Source of the DNA: Escherichia phage vB_Eco_F25
Sequence record: OP870144.1
Reading direction: 5' to 3' (one strand)
Length of the DNA stretch: 64,000 nt
This document shows positions 9,362-19,376 of the stretch, in pieces (position 1 is the stretch's first letter; every line of letters begins with the position of its first letter). A program made the position numbers and the translations under genes. The notes beneath the pieces were generated by a model that did no database searches, had not been told where the DNA came from, and was given only the letters and a program-made list of their open reading frames with translations.

Positions 9362-10681
9362 TCATACATAAAACACATCATAACGACCACGTGTTACACC
9401 AACATAAAGAAGCTGCTGAGCTAGTTCAGCATCTGCATAATGAATGCAAGGTGTATAAATGAAAGCACGATCTACAGACATGCCCTGAGCTTTATGGAAT
9501 GTTGATGCAGGAAGTGCTTTCACTTTACTAAACTGTGATTTAGCATCCCAAAAATCACTCCACGGAGCTTTTCCGCCTTTATTCCAATTTTTATAAGTTT
9601 CTGCCGTTTTACCTAAAAATAAGTTAAACTTATACAGCTCTTCATCAGATGAAATTATTTTAATCTTTTCACGATAATATTCATCATCGCCGTAAGTTTC
9701 TACTGTTAAATCCCAATGACGAATTAGATATTCTCCAGAAACACCACGAGCTTTAACAAATGTTGATGTATACTCTGCTTCTATAATACGAACTAATTGT
9801 CCATTATTAAAAATAATTTCTGACACAGGCTTTCCATCAATTTTATATGTTTTAATTAATGGTTCCTGCATTACAATAATTTCACCAACGATAAAATCTT
9901 TATCAGTTTCAAAAATCTTTTTGCGAATAATGCTATTTAACTTGTCAACAGATTTATTTGTAAATGCCATTACGCGATTTTCAAACAAATCATCTAGTGA
10001 TTTAACGATTGAAAAATAATTTACCATAAAATCGCGTAAAGCGGTATCACCGGTAAATCCATGTACTCCATGTCCGTCAACAATTTTATCATAAATCCAC
10101 TTACCGTTACGAACATCAGTAGCTACATCAATAATAGGAGCATTACTGCGTTTAACTTCAGTGAGTTCACACTGATAAAAATCTTTATGTGTAAAGAATG
10201 GACTGATATAAGCAGTATTTTCTCCTGGGTCAACAGGTCTAATTTGCTTATTATCACCTATTCCAATTATAGTACACCATGGCGGGATAGTTGAAAGCAG
10301 AATTTTAAATAGCTTTCTATCATACATTGACACTTCGTCACAGATTAATACTCTGCATTTAGCCAAATCCGGTACTTCTTTTTGCTCAAAAAGAACGTTT
10401 TCTTCGTATGTTACTGGGTTAATTTTAAGAATACTGTGAATAGTACTCGCTTCTTTCCCTGATAGTTTTGAAAGAATCTTTTTAGCTGCGTGTGTAGGAG
10501 CTGCTAAAATAATTCCAGTTTCGCCCGTAGATATTAAGGCTTCAATGATGAACTTAGTAAGAGTAGTCTTACCGGTACCAGCAGGTCCATTAATAGTTAC
10601 ATGATGTTTCTTTTCTTTGATAGCCCTCATAACGATGTTAAAGGCATTTTTCTGGCCTTCTGTCAAATCATCAAATGTCAT
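9362..10681 (-). CDS. dda: Dda DNA helicase (SF1)
   Basis: 439 aa; MTFDDLTEGQKNAFNIV N-terminus and GPAGTGKTT Walker A; matches T4 Dda. Confidence 0.95.
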   Translation of the reverse strand: MTFDDLTEGQKNAFNIVMRAIKEKKHHVTINGPAGTGKTTLTKFIIEALISTGETGIILAAPTHAAKKILSKLSGKEASTIHSILKINPVTYEENVLFEQKEVPDLAKCRVLICDEVSMYDRKLFKILLSTIPPWCTIIGIGDNKQIRPVDPGENTAYISPFFTHKDFYQCELTEVKRSNAPIIDVATDVRNGKWIYDKIVDGHGVHGFTGDTALRDFMVNYFSIVKSLDDLFENRVMAFTNKSVDKLNSIIRKKIFETDKDFIVGEIIVMQEPLIKTYKIDGKPVSEIIFNNGQLVRIIEAEYTSTFVKARGVSGEYLIRHWDLTVETYGDDEYYREKIKIISSDEELYKFNLFLGKTAETYKNWNKGGKAPWSDFWDAKSQFSKVKALPASTFHKAQGMSVDRAFIYTPCIHYADAELAQQLLYVGVTRGRYDVFYV

Positions 10682-10989
10682 CGTAAATTCCCTGCAATTG
10701 GTATACTAACAATACGCCCAGTATCTAAAATTCGCCGATATAATCTTTGTGTGTCTACATCAGGCTTAACGTGTTTAACTTCTATTTTATTAAACCAAAA
10801 CTTACGTGGAGTCTCAACTAATCTCGGAATTCCCATACCTAAAGCTAGTTGATACTGCTCTTTAAGAGTTGTAAATACTTTATCAGCAATCTCCCTTTCA
10901 AAAAATACAGCAGGGCGATGTTCATCAAGAGGAACAGGCACCGCAAATCCATCTTTATCTCTATACACTATCGCGTATACATAAAACAT
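10678..10989 (-). CDS. Hypothetical protein (dda.1 position)
   Basis: 103-aa ORF overlapping the dda start. Confidence 0.5.
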   Translation of the reverse strand: MFYVYAIVYRDKDGFAVPVPLDEHRPAVFFEREIADKVFTTLKEQYQLALGMGIPRLVETPRKFWFNKIEVKHVKPDVDTQRLYRRILDTGRIVSIPIAGNLR

Positions 10990-10990
10990 A

Positions 10991-11737
10991 TTATCCTCGG
11001 ATAAGTTTAAAAATTGAACAATTTAGCGGGTATCCTCTTTTCAGTTTAAATTTATCAATAAAAGACAAGTTTTGATACCGCTCTACACCTTGAATAATTT
11101 TATCACACATATCATATTGCATTTCTGCTTCTGACAACTTTTTCACAGTTTTCCAATCCGAGCCTTTAAGAAGAACGTTCAATTTAACAACTTCAGCGCC
11201 TTCTGCTATACGAGAACCATCAATACGAGCTTTAAGTGCTATAATCGTTAGCTTAACGTCAGAAGTTTGTTTTGATTTAGAAAGCTGAGAAATGTGCTCA
11301 ATTCGGTTTTCACGTTTTTTCTGTATAGCTTTAATTTGATTATAAGTCTTTTTGATTTTAGCCCATTTCTTTTCATCTAAATTTAGTTTATGAACTTTTT
11401 TCGCAGATGAACGACCAATTCGCAAAGCAAATAAATCACGCTTTTCAATCAGCTCTTCTAAAGTATAATCAGAACGAAATGTATTATACTTTTTCTTTAC
11501 TGCAATAACATTCCCTTTAATGTATCCAACGTTATTATCAAAACGTTCTAACGATAATTTCTCTCCTTCAATATGATTATCAAAAGGTTCTCCTGAGTAA
11601 GCGCAAACTTTCTGATCTAAAATGTTCTTAATGTAATTGAAGTCTAAGTTAAAATCTTTAGAACGTCTTTTAGCTGATGCCTGAGTGTGCTCTAAACGAC
11701 GTGTAATTTTACGAATTTGATTTTTAGACAGTTTCAT
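10991..11737 (-). CDS. srd: Srd-like protein with a degenerate HNH-like segment
   Basis: 248 aa in the T4 srd position; CAYSGEPFDNHIEGEKL...NVGYIKGNVIAV resembles an HNH motif lacking conserved Cys/His. Confidence 0.4.
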   Translation of the reverse strand: MKLSKNQIRKITRRLEHTQASAKRRSKDFNLDFNYIKNILDQKVCAYSGEPFDNHIEGEKLSLERFDNNVGYIKGNVIAVKKKYNTFRSDYTLEELIEKRDLFALRIGRSSAKKVHKLNLDEKKWAKIKKTYNQIKAIQKKRENRIEHISQLSKSKQTSDVKLTIIALKARIDGSRIAEGAEVVKLNVLLKGSDWKTVKKLSEAEMQYDMCDKIIQGVERYQNLSFIDKFKLKRGYPLNCSIFKLIRG

Positions 11738-11852
11738 ATTTTTCTCACGGACGGTTAACTACTTATACTATATCATTTTTACTTCAGCTTGTAAACAACT
11801 TTATGAAAAATGCTTTAAAACTTTCATGGTATAATGAATCTAAGTCCTTCCA

Positions 11853-12455
11853 TTATAGATTAAATCCTTCAAAATCAAGAGTATAGATAGTGTATGTTGA
11901 ATACTTTTTATACTCATATCTATCCGCAATTCTAAATACACTTCCAGCTGGTATCATTACTTCTTGTTCATCTGAAACTAATTCCATATTACGATAGCGA
12001 TGGCTATCCGGAAACTTAAAACTTGGACTGTATTCTTTACAGCGTAGAGCTTTTATAGCATACTCCTGGAAATTAAATACCATAGGAGCTTTGAATTCAA
12101 AAATAACTTGTGTGTTGTATTCTAATCCAGAAGCAAAATGTAGAGCTATATTTTTATCATATGAAGCTGATACTACTTTATCAAATGTAATAATATCAAT
12201 TCCTTGATTTAACACTTGCTTAGTCTCAACTGGAACACCTCTCCAAAGAGGTTTATCGTTTGGTTCCAAACGAGATTTGATTATTTCATTTAACCAAGAG
12301 TGGTCGTCTGGCTTATTAGTAATACAATGAATTAAAAGTTCAATTTCGGATAAATTAAATCCTTCAGAAAGTAATTCTTCACGAATAGAAGCACGCACCG
12401 ATGCATCCATTGATTTGATTTTAAAATCTTTTAATTGCATTGCTGAATATTTCAT
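11853..12455 (-). CDS. modA: ADP-ribosyltransferase ModA
   Basis: 200 aa (same as T4 ModA); order srd-modA-modB; paralogous to the next gene. Confidence 0.75.
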   Translation of the reverse strand: MKYSAMQLKDFKIKSMDASVRASIREELLSEGFNLSEIELLIHCITNKPDDHSWLNEIIKSRLEPNDKPLWRGVPVETKQVLNQGIDIITFDKVVSASYDKNIALHFASGLEYNTQVIFEFKAPMVFNFQEYAIKALRCKEYSPSFKFPDSHRYRNMELVSDEQEVMIPAGSVFRIADRYEYKKYSTYTIYTLDFEGFNL

Positions 12456-13087
12456 TCAACTACCTCAATATCATACACTTTAAATGTTCCAAATGAATCG
12501 TGTAATTTTTCTTTTGAAATAGAAGTTATTTTATACTTTCCAATTGGAATCATCCATTCTTGTTCACGCACAATCATCATTAAGTTATCAGTACGTTCTG
12601 AATCTAATCCATCAGTATCTTCATATGTATACTTAAACTCAGTATTAGGAGAAGAAAGTATAATATCGCTGATATGGTCAGAGTAATTAAAAGCTTTATC
12701 AGTTTTTAAGCGAAGTACTATTTCAGTGAAATATTCAGCATAAGAAAAAGAACACGCTGTATGCAAACTAGTAGTAAATGAATCTACTCTGTTCGTTGAA
12801 AACACTTCTCCAACTTGTAAATCTTTAATGAGTTCTTTTGTCGATTTTGATATACCACGATATAGCTGATAAGGCGATTTAGTTAAATGCTTTTTAATGA
12901 TTTTATTCAACTGCCGATGAAGAGCTTCATTCTTTTTGGCTTCCATACATTGCCAAAGAACTGACTGTTCAAAGTCAGTAAATTTTTCACAGACCTTTTT
13001 ATACATATCATATTGAAAATCAACACTTTCAGCTTTTATAGATAACTGTTCAACATCTGCAAGATTAATAATCATGATAGCCTCCAT
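12452..13087 (-). CDS. modB: ADP-ribosyltransferase ModB
   Basis: 211 aa, overlapping the modA start; T4 ModB is about 207 aa. Confidence 0.7.
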   Translation of the reverse strand: MEAIMIINLADVEQLSIKAESVDFQYDMYKKVCEKFTDFEQSVLWQCMEAKKNEALHRQLNKIIKKHLTKSPYQLYRGISKSTKELIKDLQVGEVFSTNRVDSFTTSLHTACSFSYAEYFTEIVLRLKTDKAFNYSDHISDIILSSPNTEFKYTYEDTDGLDSERTDNLMMIVREQEWMIPIGKYKITSISKEKLHDSFGTFKVYDIEVVE

Positions 13088-13101
13088 ATACTTCAGAAGC
13101 T

Positions 13102-13131
13102 ATCATATCATTGTTAGGAAGGAAAGTAAAC
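13102..13131 (-). promoter_or_regulatory. T4-type early promoter (-10 TATGAT)
   Basis: GTTTAC(13131-13126), 18-nt spacer, TATGAT(13107-13102). Confidence 0.45.
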
Positions 13132-13142
13132 AACTTTTTGAA

Positions 13143-13325
13143 TTATTTTGCCCAGGGAGCCCAGGGCGGAGGGTCAAGATGGTATGAAGCTAGTTCTTCT
13201 AGAAGAGCATCTGGGGCTTCAATTCCATAATTCTGTAATACTATACGGTATTCTTTCTTATAATCACTAGAATCATTCTGGATATTCGTAGAATGATTAT
13301 CTTCTAACATCTCAAATAAATCCAT
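13143..13325 (-). CDS. Hypothetical small protein
   Basis: 60-aa ORF. Confidence 0.35.
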   Translation of the reverse strand: MDLFEMLEDNHSTNIQNDSSDYKKEYRIVLQNYGIEAPDALLEELASYHLDPPPWAPWAK

Positions 13326-13333
13326 ATTAATTC

Positions 13334-13804
13334 CTAGCGATAAAAACCAAAATAACGATTAGTTTCAATAATCTTTCTTTCTTCTTCGGACATTCTCCAG
13401 CGTAGTCCAACATCAAAATGAGCCCAGACCATCTTAACAAATGCATTTATGTCTTTAATATCTTCAATAATGAATGTTTTACTTTTAGAAGGTTGACTCG
13501 CTAATTTAACGTTATCATCTTCAAACAGGTCAAAAAGACCATATTCATGAGCTCTTTTATATCCTTTAATAGTTAAAGCTTCAGAAGAAGAAAATGGTGA
13601 ATCAGTATTCTGCAAAATATCTTCAGTATGCTTTATAATTAGGATAACATTTTCTGGGTATTTTCTTTCTTTTATATCTTTAATTAAAATATCCGGATTT
13701 TCTGCTAAAGGAATAATTAATGAGCACTTTTTATCAAGTGTATTTACTGATTTACCTTCGTTAGACATAAATTCTATTGAATAATGTTTTGCTACTTCAA
13801 TCAT
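13334..13804 (-). CDS. Hypothetical protein
   Basis: 156-aa ORF. Confidence 0.5.
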   Translation of the reverse strand: MIEVAKHYSIEFMSNEGKSVNTLDKKCSLIIPLAENPDILIKDIKERKYPENVILIIKHTEDILQNTDSPFSSSEALTIKGYKRAHEYGLFDLFEDDNVKLASQPSKSKTFIIEDIKDINAFVKMVWAHFDVGLRWRMSEEERKIIETNRYFGFYR

Positions 13805-13957
13805 ATGATTTCCTCTTGCCTACTAATGGACCGTCAGGAATTTTGTTTTCCTGGATATATTTCTCATTTTCTTCCATCATTTTACTGCCAATTTTAAGAA
13901 GCAAATCCAATGCTTCATTTGCTTTAGCCTTGGCCTCTTCTAACGTCATATCTCTGT

Positions 13958-14161
13958 TCATGATTTATCCCCATAGATGTCTCTCATCAATTTAAGAGCT
14001 GAGCGTTCTAATTTCTTTTCTTTCTCGGCACTAATCATTGATTTCATCCATTCTTCTGATTCGTTCTGCATTTCTTTATTTGCCTGTTCAACCCAACCGT
14101 CATCAATGTACATTGAGTTTGGTCTACTGAACCATTCAAACATTTTCTTCAGAACTTTCAT
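13958..14161 (-). CDS. Hypothetical protein
   Basis: 67-aa ORF. Confidence 0.4.
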   Translation of the reverse strand: MKVLKKMFEWFSRPNSMYIDDGWVEQANKEMQNESEEWMKSMISAEKEKKLERSALKLMRDIYGDKS

Positions 14162-14654
14162 TTGTTTTACCTAAAACAACAGTAGGAGCATCGTCAAATT
14201 CATGAATTTTTAGCAAATTTGGATGTAAACTATTCCATACAGAAGAAATAAAATATGATAAAGCATCTTCACCTGCAATTATAAATTTATTTCCTTTATC
14301 TATTTTCCAACTATATAGTGAATCGTACGAATAAAAAGATAAAGGCTTATCATTATATTGTTCTGCGCTAACATTAATGTATTCGGATTTAGTAAATGCT
14401 TCAATTGCTCTAAACGGAATATTTGGTACAGTTTCAATAATACCAATCTTTTTAAGTTTTATTTCAGCATCTTCTGGAACTGGCATTGAAACGAAATTTT
14501 CTACGAGATACATTGGGTCACAATAACCCTTATCAATCATTACTGCTACGGTAATTGGAACGTCTTTAGCAAACGCCATGCTATCGCTATTAATATACAT
14601 TTCAAACAAAATCGCTTCCATAATTTTCCTCAATCGCAAGATGTAGATGAACAA
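14136..14654 (-). CDS. Hypothetical protein
   Basis: 172-aa ORF. Confidence 0.5.
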   Translation of the reverse strand: MFIYILRLRKIMEAILFEMYINSDSMAFAKDVPITVAVMIDKGYCDPMYLVENFVSMPVPEDAEIKLKKIGIIETVPNIPFRAIEAFTKSEYINVSAEQYNDKPLSFYSYDSLYSWKIDKGNKFIIAGEDALSYFISSVWNSLHPNLLKIHEFDDAPTVVLGKTNESSEENV

Positions 14655-14971
14655 CTAGAATCACAAGAACTTCCACATGAATCGCCCGTCCATACATGAA
14701 CAAGAACATTAGTGTCATATGAATCAGAATTAGACTGTGTATTCTGTGTATTAGATGATGTAGTAGGTGTTGACCAGCGCCAAGGATTTTTATAATATTC
14801 CTGGGCTTCTTCATAAGTCATAGTAACTGCTTCTACTGTTCCATCTCCCATATAAACATATTCAACTACAGTTAAAGGAAGGTAGTCATTTGAAATAGGA
14901 ACTACACCTTCTCCGGGAGTTGTAGAGAAAAAATCCGTAAAGAAATTTTTAAACCAATTAAAGATAAACAT
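14630..14971 (-). CDS. Hypothetical protein with Cys/Ser-rich C-terminal tail
   Basis: 113-aa ORF; tail [15 protein letters not shown]; overlaps neighbour. Confidence 0.35.
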   Translation of the reverse strand: MFIFNWFKNFFTDFFSTTPGEGVVPISNDYLPLTVVEYVYMGDGTVEAVTMTYEEAQEYYKNPWRWSTPTTSSNTQNTQSNSDSYDTNVLVHVWTGDSCGSSCDSSCSSTSCD

Positions 14972-15177
14972 TACAAAAAGCCTCTCTTGAATTCAACTTG
15001 CTTCTCGCCATAATCATATCGAATCTCTGCATTAAATTCGACAGAACCATCTGCGTACATCATAAATGAATGCACAACAACTTCTGTAGACCATGGCTGT
15101 AGTTCATATTTCTTCATTACATGTCGTGAAATGATAATATCTAAATCTTCATTTGGTTTAATCCAGCGATTTAACAT
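14971..15177 (-). CDS. Hypothetical protein
   Basis: 68-aa ORF downstream of an early promoter. Confidence 0.4.
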   Translation of the reverse strand: MLNRWIKPNEDLDIIISRHVMKKYELQPWSTEVVVHSFMMYADGSVEFNAEIRYDYGEKQVEFKRGFL

Positions 15178-15203
15178 AGTGCTCTCCTCTATAAGATAAT
15201 TCT

Positions 15204-15233
15204 ATTATACCATACTCATTTTGGAAAGTAAAC
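15204..15233 (-). promoter_or_regulatory. T4-type early promoter
   Basis: GTTTAC(15233-15228), 18-nt spacer, TATAAT(15209-15204). Confidence 0.55.
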
Positions 15234-15243
15234 TGTTTAAATG

Positions 15244-15269
15244 AAAAAAGGACTCCCGAAGGAGTCCTT
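15244..15269 (-). terminator. Rho-independent terminator after soc (UUCG tetraloop + U-run)
   Basis: Minus-strand RNA AAGGACUCC-UUCG-GGAGUCCUU followed by UUUUUU. Confidence 0.7.
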
Positions 15270-15274
15270 GAATT

Positions 15275-15520
15275 TTAACCGCCAGTTACTTTCCACAAAT
15301 CTTCGTTTGCAGCAATCCATTCAGTATGTTGATTTTCTTCATATACAGTAGTATATGCTGCTTTTTCTGAAGGGAATGTCTGGTAATGAGCGCCAGAAAT
15401 TTTGTGAACGTCAGAATAAAGAGGGAAAGCTACAGAAATTTCCTTTCCTTCAATTTTCTTATTTCCATCTAATTTCTGCTCAAACGTTTTGATATTAACA
15501 TAACCGCGAGTACTAGCCAT
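15275..15520 (-). CDS. soc: Small outer capsid protein Soc
   Basis: 81 aa; MASTRGYVNIKTFEQKLDGNKKIEGKEISVAFPLYSDVHKISGAHYQTFPSEKAAY near-identical to T4 Soc. Confidence 0.95.
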   Translation of the reverse strand: MASTRGYVNIKTFEQKLDGNKKIEGKEISVAFPLYSDVHKISGAHYQTFPSEKAAYTTVYEENQHTEWIAANEDLWKVTGG

Positions 15521-15550
15521 GTAATTCTCCTTTTATTTAAATTACATGAT

Positions 15551-15558
15551 TATTTATA
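15551..15558 (-). promoter_or_regulatory. T4 late promoter TATAAATA upstream of soc
   Basis: Minus-strand TATAAATA about 30 nt upstream of the soc ATG (15518-15520). Confidence 0.6.
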
Positions 15559-15602
15559 ATAATTCTCGCGGCTTTTAAGTCGTCGTTTAAATAAACGAGC
15601 TA

Positions 15603-16121
15603 TTAATAACCTCGGTCTTGACGAGCGAAGTTTTCAGCATTTTTCAGATAATAAAGTTTAAAGATTTCTTCAGCCGTAAGACCAAGACCTTGGAACATGT
15701 TCAGAACGAAATGAAGAATATCAATCATTTCGAATTTAATTTCCAACTGGTCTTGTGGAGACAAATCAGTAATCAGAGTTTCACGACGTTCACCATGTTG
15801 AGCTTTCCAAGGCTTCCATACAGCAGATGCATCTTTTTCGCCATTGCTCATACCGCCAAGAGATGTCAGAAGTTCACGGAATTCATCGTCAATATAATCT
15901 TTCTGATTACGTAGCCAATCAACAACTTCACCAGCAGTAGCCAAATCATCAGGATGACGGTTATATTCAGGTTTATCTTTAGCTAAACGAACTTGCAGAG
16001 ATTTTTGCATATCAAGCATAACTTGCAGCGGGTCTTTTTCATCACCGAGAATATCCCAGTATTCATTTTGAGCTTTATCAGCGCCTTCGATCAATTGTGA
16101 ACATTCATTAAAGTATGCCAT
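15603..16121 (-). CDS. 56: dCTP pyrophosphatase (dCTPase/dUTPase)
   Basis: ATG at 16119-16121 (MAYFNECSQLIEG...) with AAAGGAAA Shine-Dalgarno; about 172 aa like T4 gp56; track ORF extends upstream from a non-ATG codon. Confidence 0.88.
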   Translation of the reverse strand: MAYFNECSQLIEGADKAQNEYWDILGDEKDPLQVMLDMQKSLQVRLAKDKPEYNRHPDDLATAGEVVDWLRNQKDYIDDEFRELLTSLGGMSNGEKDASAVWKPWKAQHGERRETLITDLSPQDQLEIKFEMIDILHFVLNMFQGLGLTAEEIFKLYYLKNAENFARQDRGY

Positions 16122-16192
16122 TATTTTTCCTTTCAATTCATGGATTAGTAGATTAATTATACAATAAATATATAAAGCAATAAGGAGGACAT

Positions 16193-16393
16193 ATGGTACA
16201 AAAATTAATGGCACTTGTTAATGCCATCAAAGGTAATAAAAAACGTATAGCTTTTACTATTTCTGCTATGATAGGAATTTTACTTTGGAATTTTGTTTTA
16301 TCACCAGTTGCTATTGCTCATGGCGTTAGTATTCCAGTAATTACTCTTGATACATTCGTGGATTTAGCATTTGCTTTAGTTGGGTTAATTTAA
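16193..16393 (+). CDS. Putative small membrane protein, plus strand
   Basis: 66-aa ORF exactly filling the gene 56-gene 61 gap; AGGAGG 4 nt before ATG; two hydrophobic segments. Confidence 0.4.
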   Translation: MVQKLMALVNAIKGNKKRIAFTISAMIGILLWNFVLSPVAIAHGVSIPVITLDTFVDLAFALVGLI

Positions 16394-17418
16394 ATCTTAG
16401 CATATTTAGATAGCCGCATTTTAGCCATCAACCCTTGGGCAATATTATTTTTCATATATTCCATAATTTGTTCAGGGGTTGCACCTTCCTTTCTAATCAT
16501 ATCATTAACATCTTTTGATTTCCAGGGAGATTTGTCCCAAAACATAACCCTTTCTCCTGCATCAACTAATTTAGTCATTCGTTTAATAGTGTCAGGGTGA
16601 CGAGGTTCATTATCTAAAACCCATACACGTCTATCTTTAAATGGAACAATTTCTAGGTCTAATTGACCGCCTGTAATAGCTATACCATTTTCAATAAAAA
16701 GCGAATCTATAGGTCCTTCTAGAACATATACATCGCCATCTTTAACCCGTTCAACACCATAAATTTTTGTTGCCTCAGGATAAGCTTTGATGGTGATATA
16801 TTTTTGGGGAGCATCTTTCTTTAATGCACGTCCCTGAAAAGACTCAGCTTTTCCATTAGCATTATAAATTGGAATAACAAGACGAGGCTCAGGTATTTCC
16901 TTTTTATATGTTCCTGGTGCTATACTATTAACTAATTTAGGCCATTCAGTTGTAAACCAAAGATATTTCCATTTATCCTTTGGAATACAACGAGCTTTTA
17001 CGTATTTTATAATTGGATGGTCTTCCGCCAGTTTATCTAATCTAATGCATGACGGAAGAGATTTAATTATTTTCTTCTCAGGTTGTTTAGGAAGTTCTTT
17101 AGGTTTTTCTACTGGACGACTTTTACCTTTTTCTTTTCTTATTTCAAAGATATACTCACGATATAAATCAGGTTCAAACTCCTTTAAATATATTCCGATT
17201 GGTGCATGATAGTTACAGTTATAACAATGAATATTTCCTTCATTATTATCACCATAATACCATCCACGGGCTTTATTTTGGTCGGTTTTTGAATCTCCAC
17301 AAACAGGACATCTAAACCGTAATTTAAAAGTTGAACTATTATTTACTTGTGCGAATTTAGGTAAATGAGCTAGCGCACGATATGCAAACTCATTATCAAT
17401 CCAAGGTATTGATGACAT
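16390..17418 (-). CDS. 61: DNA primase
   Basis: 342 aa (same as T4 gp61); zinc ribbon CPVCGDSK...CYNC and TOPRIM region. Confidence 0.95.
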   Translation of the reverse strand: MSSIPWIDNEFAYRALAHLPKFAQVNNSSTFKLRFRCPVCGDSKTDQNKARGWYYGDNNEGNIHCYNCNYHAPIGIYLKEFEPDLYREYIFEIRKEKGKSRPVEKPKELPKQPEKKIIKSLPSCIRLDKLAEDHPIIKYVKARCIPKDKWKYLWFTTEWPKLVNSIAPGTYKKEIPEPRLVIPIYNANGKAESFQGRALKKDAPQKYITIKAYPEATKIYGVERVKDGDVYVLEGPIDSLFIENGIAITGGQLDLEIVPFKDRRVWVLDNEPRHPDTIKRMTKLVDAGERVMFWDKSPWKSKDVNDMIRKEGATPEQIMEYMKNNIAQGLMAKMRLSKYAKI

Positions 17419-17420
17419 TT

Positions 17421-17585
17421 TTACTCTTCTTTTTCTTTAGATTCCTCTTTTTTCTTTTTAGGAATCTGTTCAGGACCTTTATTTACTACAGCGCCTGACG
17501 TTGTTCCAGTAGAGATATTTTCAGGATTACCACCTGAATCTCCAGCTACCATATCTTCTTTAATAAATTCTTTATATGTTTTCAT
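17421..17585 (-). CDS. 61.1: 61.1-like small protein (54 aa)
   Basis: Hand-translated MKTYKEFIKEDMVAGDSGGNPENISTGTTSGAVVNKGPEQIPKKKEESKEKEE; stop 3 nt before the gene 61 ATG; below ORF-track cut-off. Confidence 0.5.
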   Translation of the reverse strand: MKTYKEFIKEDMVAGDSGGNPENISTGTTSGAVVNKGPEQIPKKKKEESKEKEE

Positions 17586-17586
17586 A

Positions 17587-18213
17587 TTAACCTCTATTCA
17601 TAAAAGCATTAAAAATTTGGTCATCAATAGAAACTTTTACTTTAAACTGTTTTTCCGATGGTAATTCATATCCGCATATTACAATTTTGTGATCAATATC
17701 AAAATACACAGAAGCAATATGATTAATGATGTTTTCAGTAAAGTCTAAATCAACATCAATATCTTTTTGACCACAACCCAAAGGATAAATAATGCGAGTA
17801 ATTCGATTATCTTTAACAAAGATTCCACCAATATACTCTGTGCTGCGTTTAAAGTCTACGCGCCGCCGAAATGAAAAATATTCAGGCTCTTTATGAGCTC
17901 GGCTCATAGGACACAACGAGTAACTAGAGTAAGAGATGTCAAATCCTACGCCTTCGATATGAGCCAAAGTGTCACGATTAAACCAATTATAATCGTACGC
18001 CAAGTCCATTAGATTATAATATGTAAAAGGCACCGGATTAACATCACTAGTCACAAGCACGTAATTAGCAACTGCTATAATTTCATTATTTTTAACAAAT
18101 ACAAATCTTGATTGATGCGAATGACCTGGACCTGCGTTTTCACGATTAATGATATAACACTGGGCACCTTTATATTTGTACGTGTCTTTGCACTTGTGCA
18201 TTTGATAAAGCAT
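17587..18213 (-). CDS. 61.2: 61.2-like protein (position of anti-DarT factor AdfA in RB69)
   Basis: 208 aa in the 61.1-61.2-sp order; identity by synteny and size only. Confidence 0.45.
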   Translation of the reverse strand: MLYQMHKCKDTYKYKGAQCYIINRENAGPGHSHQSRFVFVKNNEIIAVANYVLVTSDVNPVPFTYYNLMDLAYDYNWFNRDTLAHIEGVGFDISYSSYSLCPMSRAHKEPEYFSFRRRVDFKRSTEYIGGIFVKDNRITRIIYPLGCGQKDIDVDLDFTENIINHIASVYFDIDHKIVICGYELPSEKQFKVKVSIDDQIFNAFMNRG

Positions 18214-18506
18214 TATTCACCTACCACTTCAGCGATGATATTTTTATTATTGAAGTTTTTATCGCAATACAGAACATAATTATACTGCATTACACCACCA
18301 GACTTAAGCTGTTTTTGTACTTTAGCTTTCATTTCAGGGCGATCACGCTCAACGATATTCATAATATCTGCTTCAATCTGAGTTTCAACCTCAGTCTGAT
18401 CTGCAGTCATAGACCATTCGCACAAATCTTTATCATAACCTGCCATAGCAGGCTGAGCAGCGCAAGAAGCTAAAGCAAAAATTGCAGCAAAAACAAATTT
18501 TTTCAT
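18213..18506 (-). CDS. sp: Spackle periplasmic protein
   Basis: 97 aa; MKKFVFAAIFALASCAAQPAMAGYDKDLCEWSMTADQTEVETQIEADIMNIV near-identical to T4 Sp. Confidence 0.92.
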   Translation of the reverse strand: MKKFVFAAIFALASCAAQPAMAGYDKDLCEWSMTADQTEVETQIEADIMNIVERDRPEMKAKVQKQLKSGGVMQYNYVLYCDKNFNNKNIIAEVVGE

Positions 18507-18563
18507 GATAATCTCCTCAGTAGTTTATGTTTATATAGTATCTCAATTTCTAACAAAAGTAAA

Positions 18564-18818
18564 CTATTTTATTTCCTCAAGTTCGTTAATCAATAAAAGT
18601 TCTCTGACGCTAAAAACAAAGAAAAATGTGTTCCCATCAACCAGAGCATGACCGCTAATAGAACACCCTCTGCGGAATTTAGAAACTTCACAATCTAGAA
18701 CTGTAAAGGGTTTTAATCCTATGACTTTAGCTGTGCGTCTATTCAGTTCACAACCACTTGCGAATTTTTCCAAATCTTCTTCTGATTTAAACTGATATTC
18801 TCTATTAACTAGCATCAT
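18564..18818 (-). CDS. Hypothetical protein
   Basis: 84-aa ORF. Confidence 0.45.
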   Translation of the reverse strand: MMLVNREYQFKSEEDLEKFASGCELNRRTAKVIGLKPFTVLDCEVSKFRRGCSISGHALVDGNTFFFVFSVRELLLINELEEIK

Positions 18819-18881
18819 TTTCTTTTCTCCGCGATTAGCTGATAGAATTACTATAACACAACTCTATCAGCTTGTAAACTA

Positions 18882-19169
18882 CTATTTTACTAGCATCAAT
18901 AACTGTTTCTCTAACTTGACTATTTTACGAAAGTATCTTTTGCATTGGCGAATCTGTCGCTTCGTAGGGCGCACAGCAAACTTAATAAATTCCACTCGAC
19001 CAAATGGAGGACTTTCTTCTGCTGGAATATCTAACACCAATTCCCACGTATCTGCAATAAGTGCTTTGAATTGAGTATTTTTCCTGACGTTATACGGAGT
19101 AGGTTTAAATAAAACCGTATGCATATTACCCTCGCCAATCAGATTCAAAAACTTTTTTATCATTAACAA
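18882..19169 (-). CDS. Hypothetical protein
   Basis: 95-aa ORF. Confidence 0.45.
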   Translation of the reverse strand: MLMIKKFLNLIGEGNMHTVLFKPTPYNVRKNTQFKALIADTWELVLDIPAEESPPFGRVEFIKFAVRPTKRQIRQCKRYFRKIVKLEKQLLMLVK

Positions 19170-19317
19170 ATGCTTTAACTAAAGCTTTATTAACTTCAGC
19201 AAGTTGTGAAGTGACCCATAGAATTTGATCTTTATCAGACACATCCATAGTGATTTCTTTGGTAAACATATTACCATTTTCAAACCAGCCAATAAAAACA
19301 ATCTTTGCTAATTCCAT
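19126..19317 (-). CDS. dmd: Dmd (inhibitor of RnlA/LsoA toxins)
   Basis: 63 aa; MELAKIVFIGWFENGNMFTKEITM...AEVNKALVKAF resembles T4 Dmd; lies immediately upstream of gene 41. Confidence 0.7.
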   Translation of the reverse strand: MELAKIVFIGWFENGNMFTKEITMDVSDKDQILWVTSQLAEVNKALVKAFVNDKKVFESDWRG

Positions 19318-19376
19318 AATAATTTCCCCAATTTAACCAACAAGACTACTATACCATAGTCTTGTCAGATTGTAAA

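Noticed and set aside
14602-14814. His/Leu-rich 70-aa ORF
   Set aside because: Alternative frame overlapping two neighbouring ORFs; low-complexity composition suggests a frame artefact.
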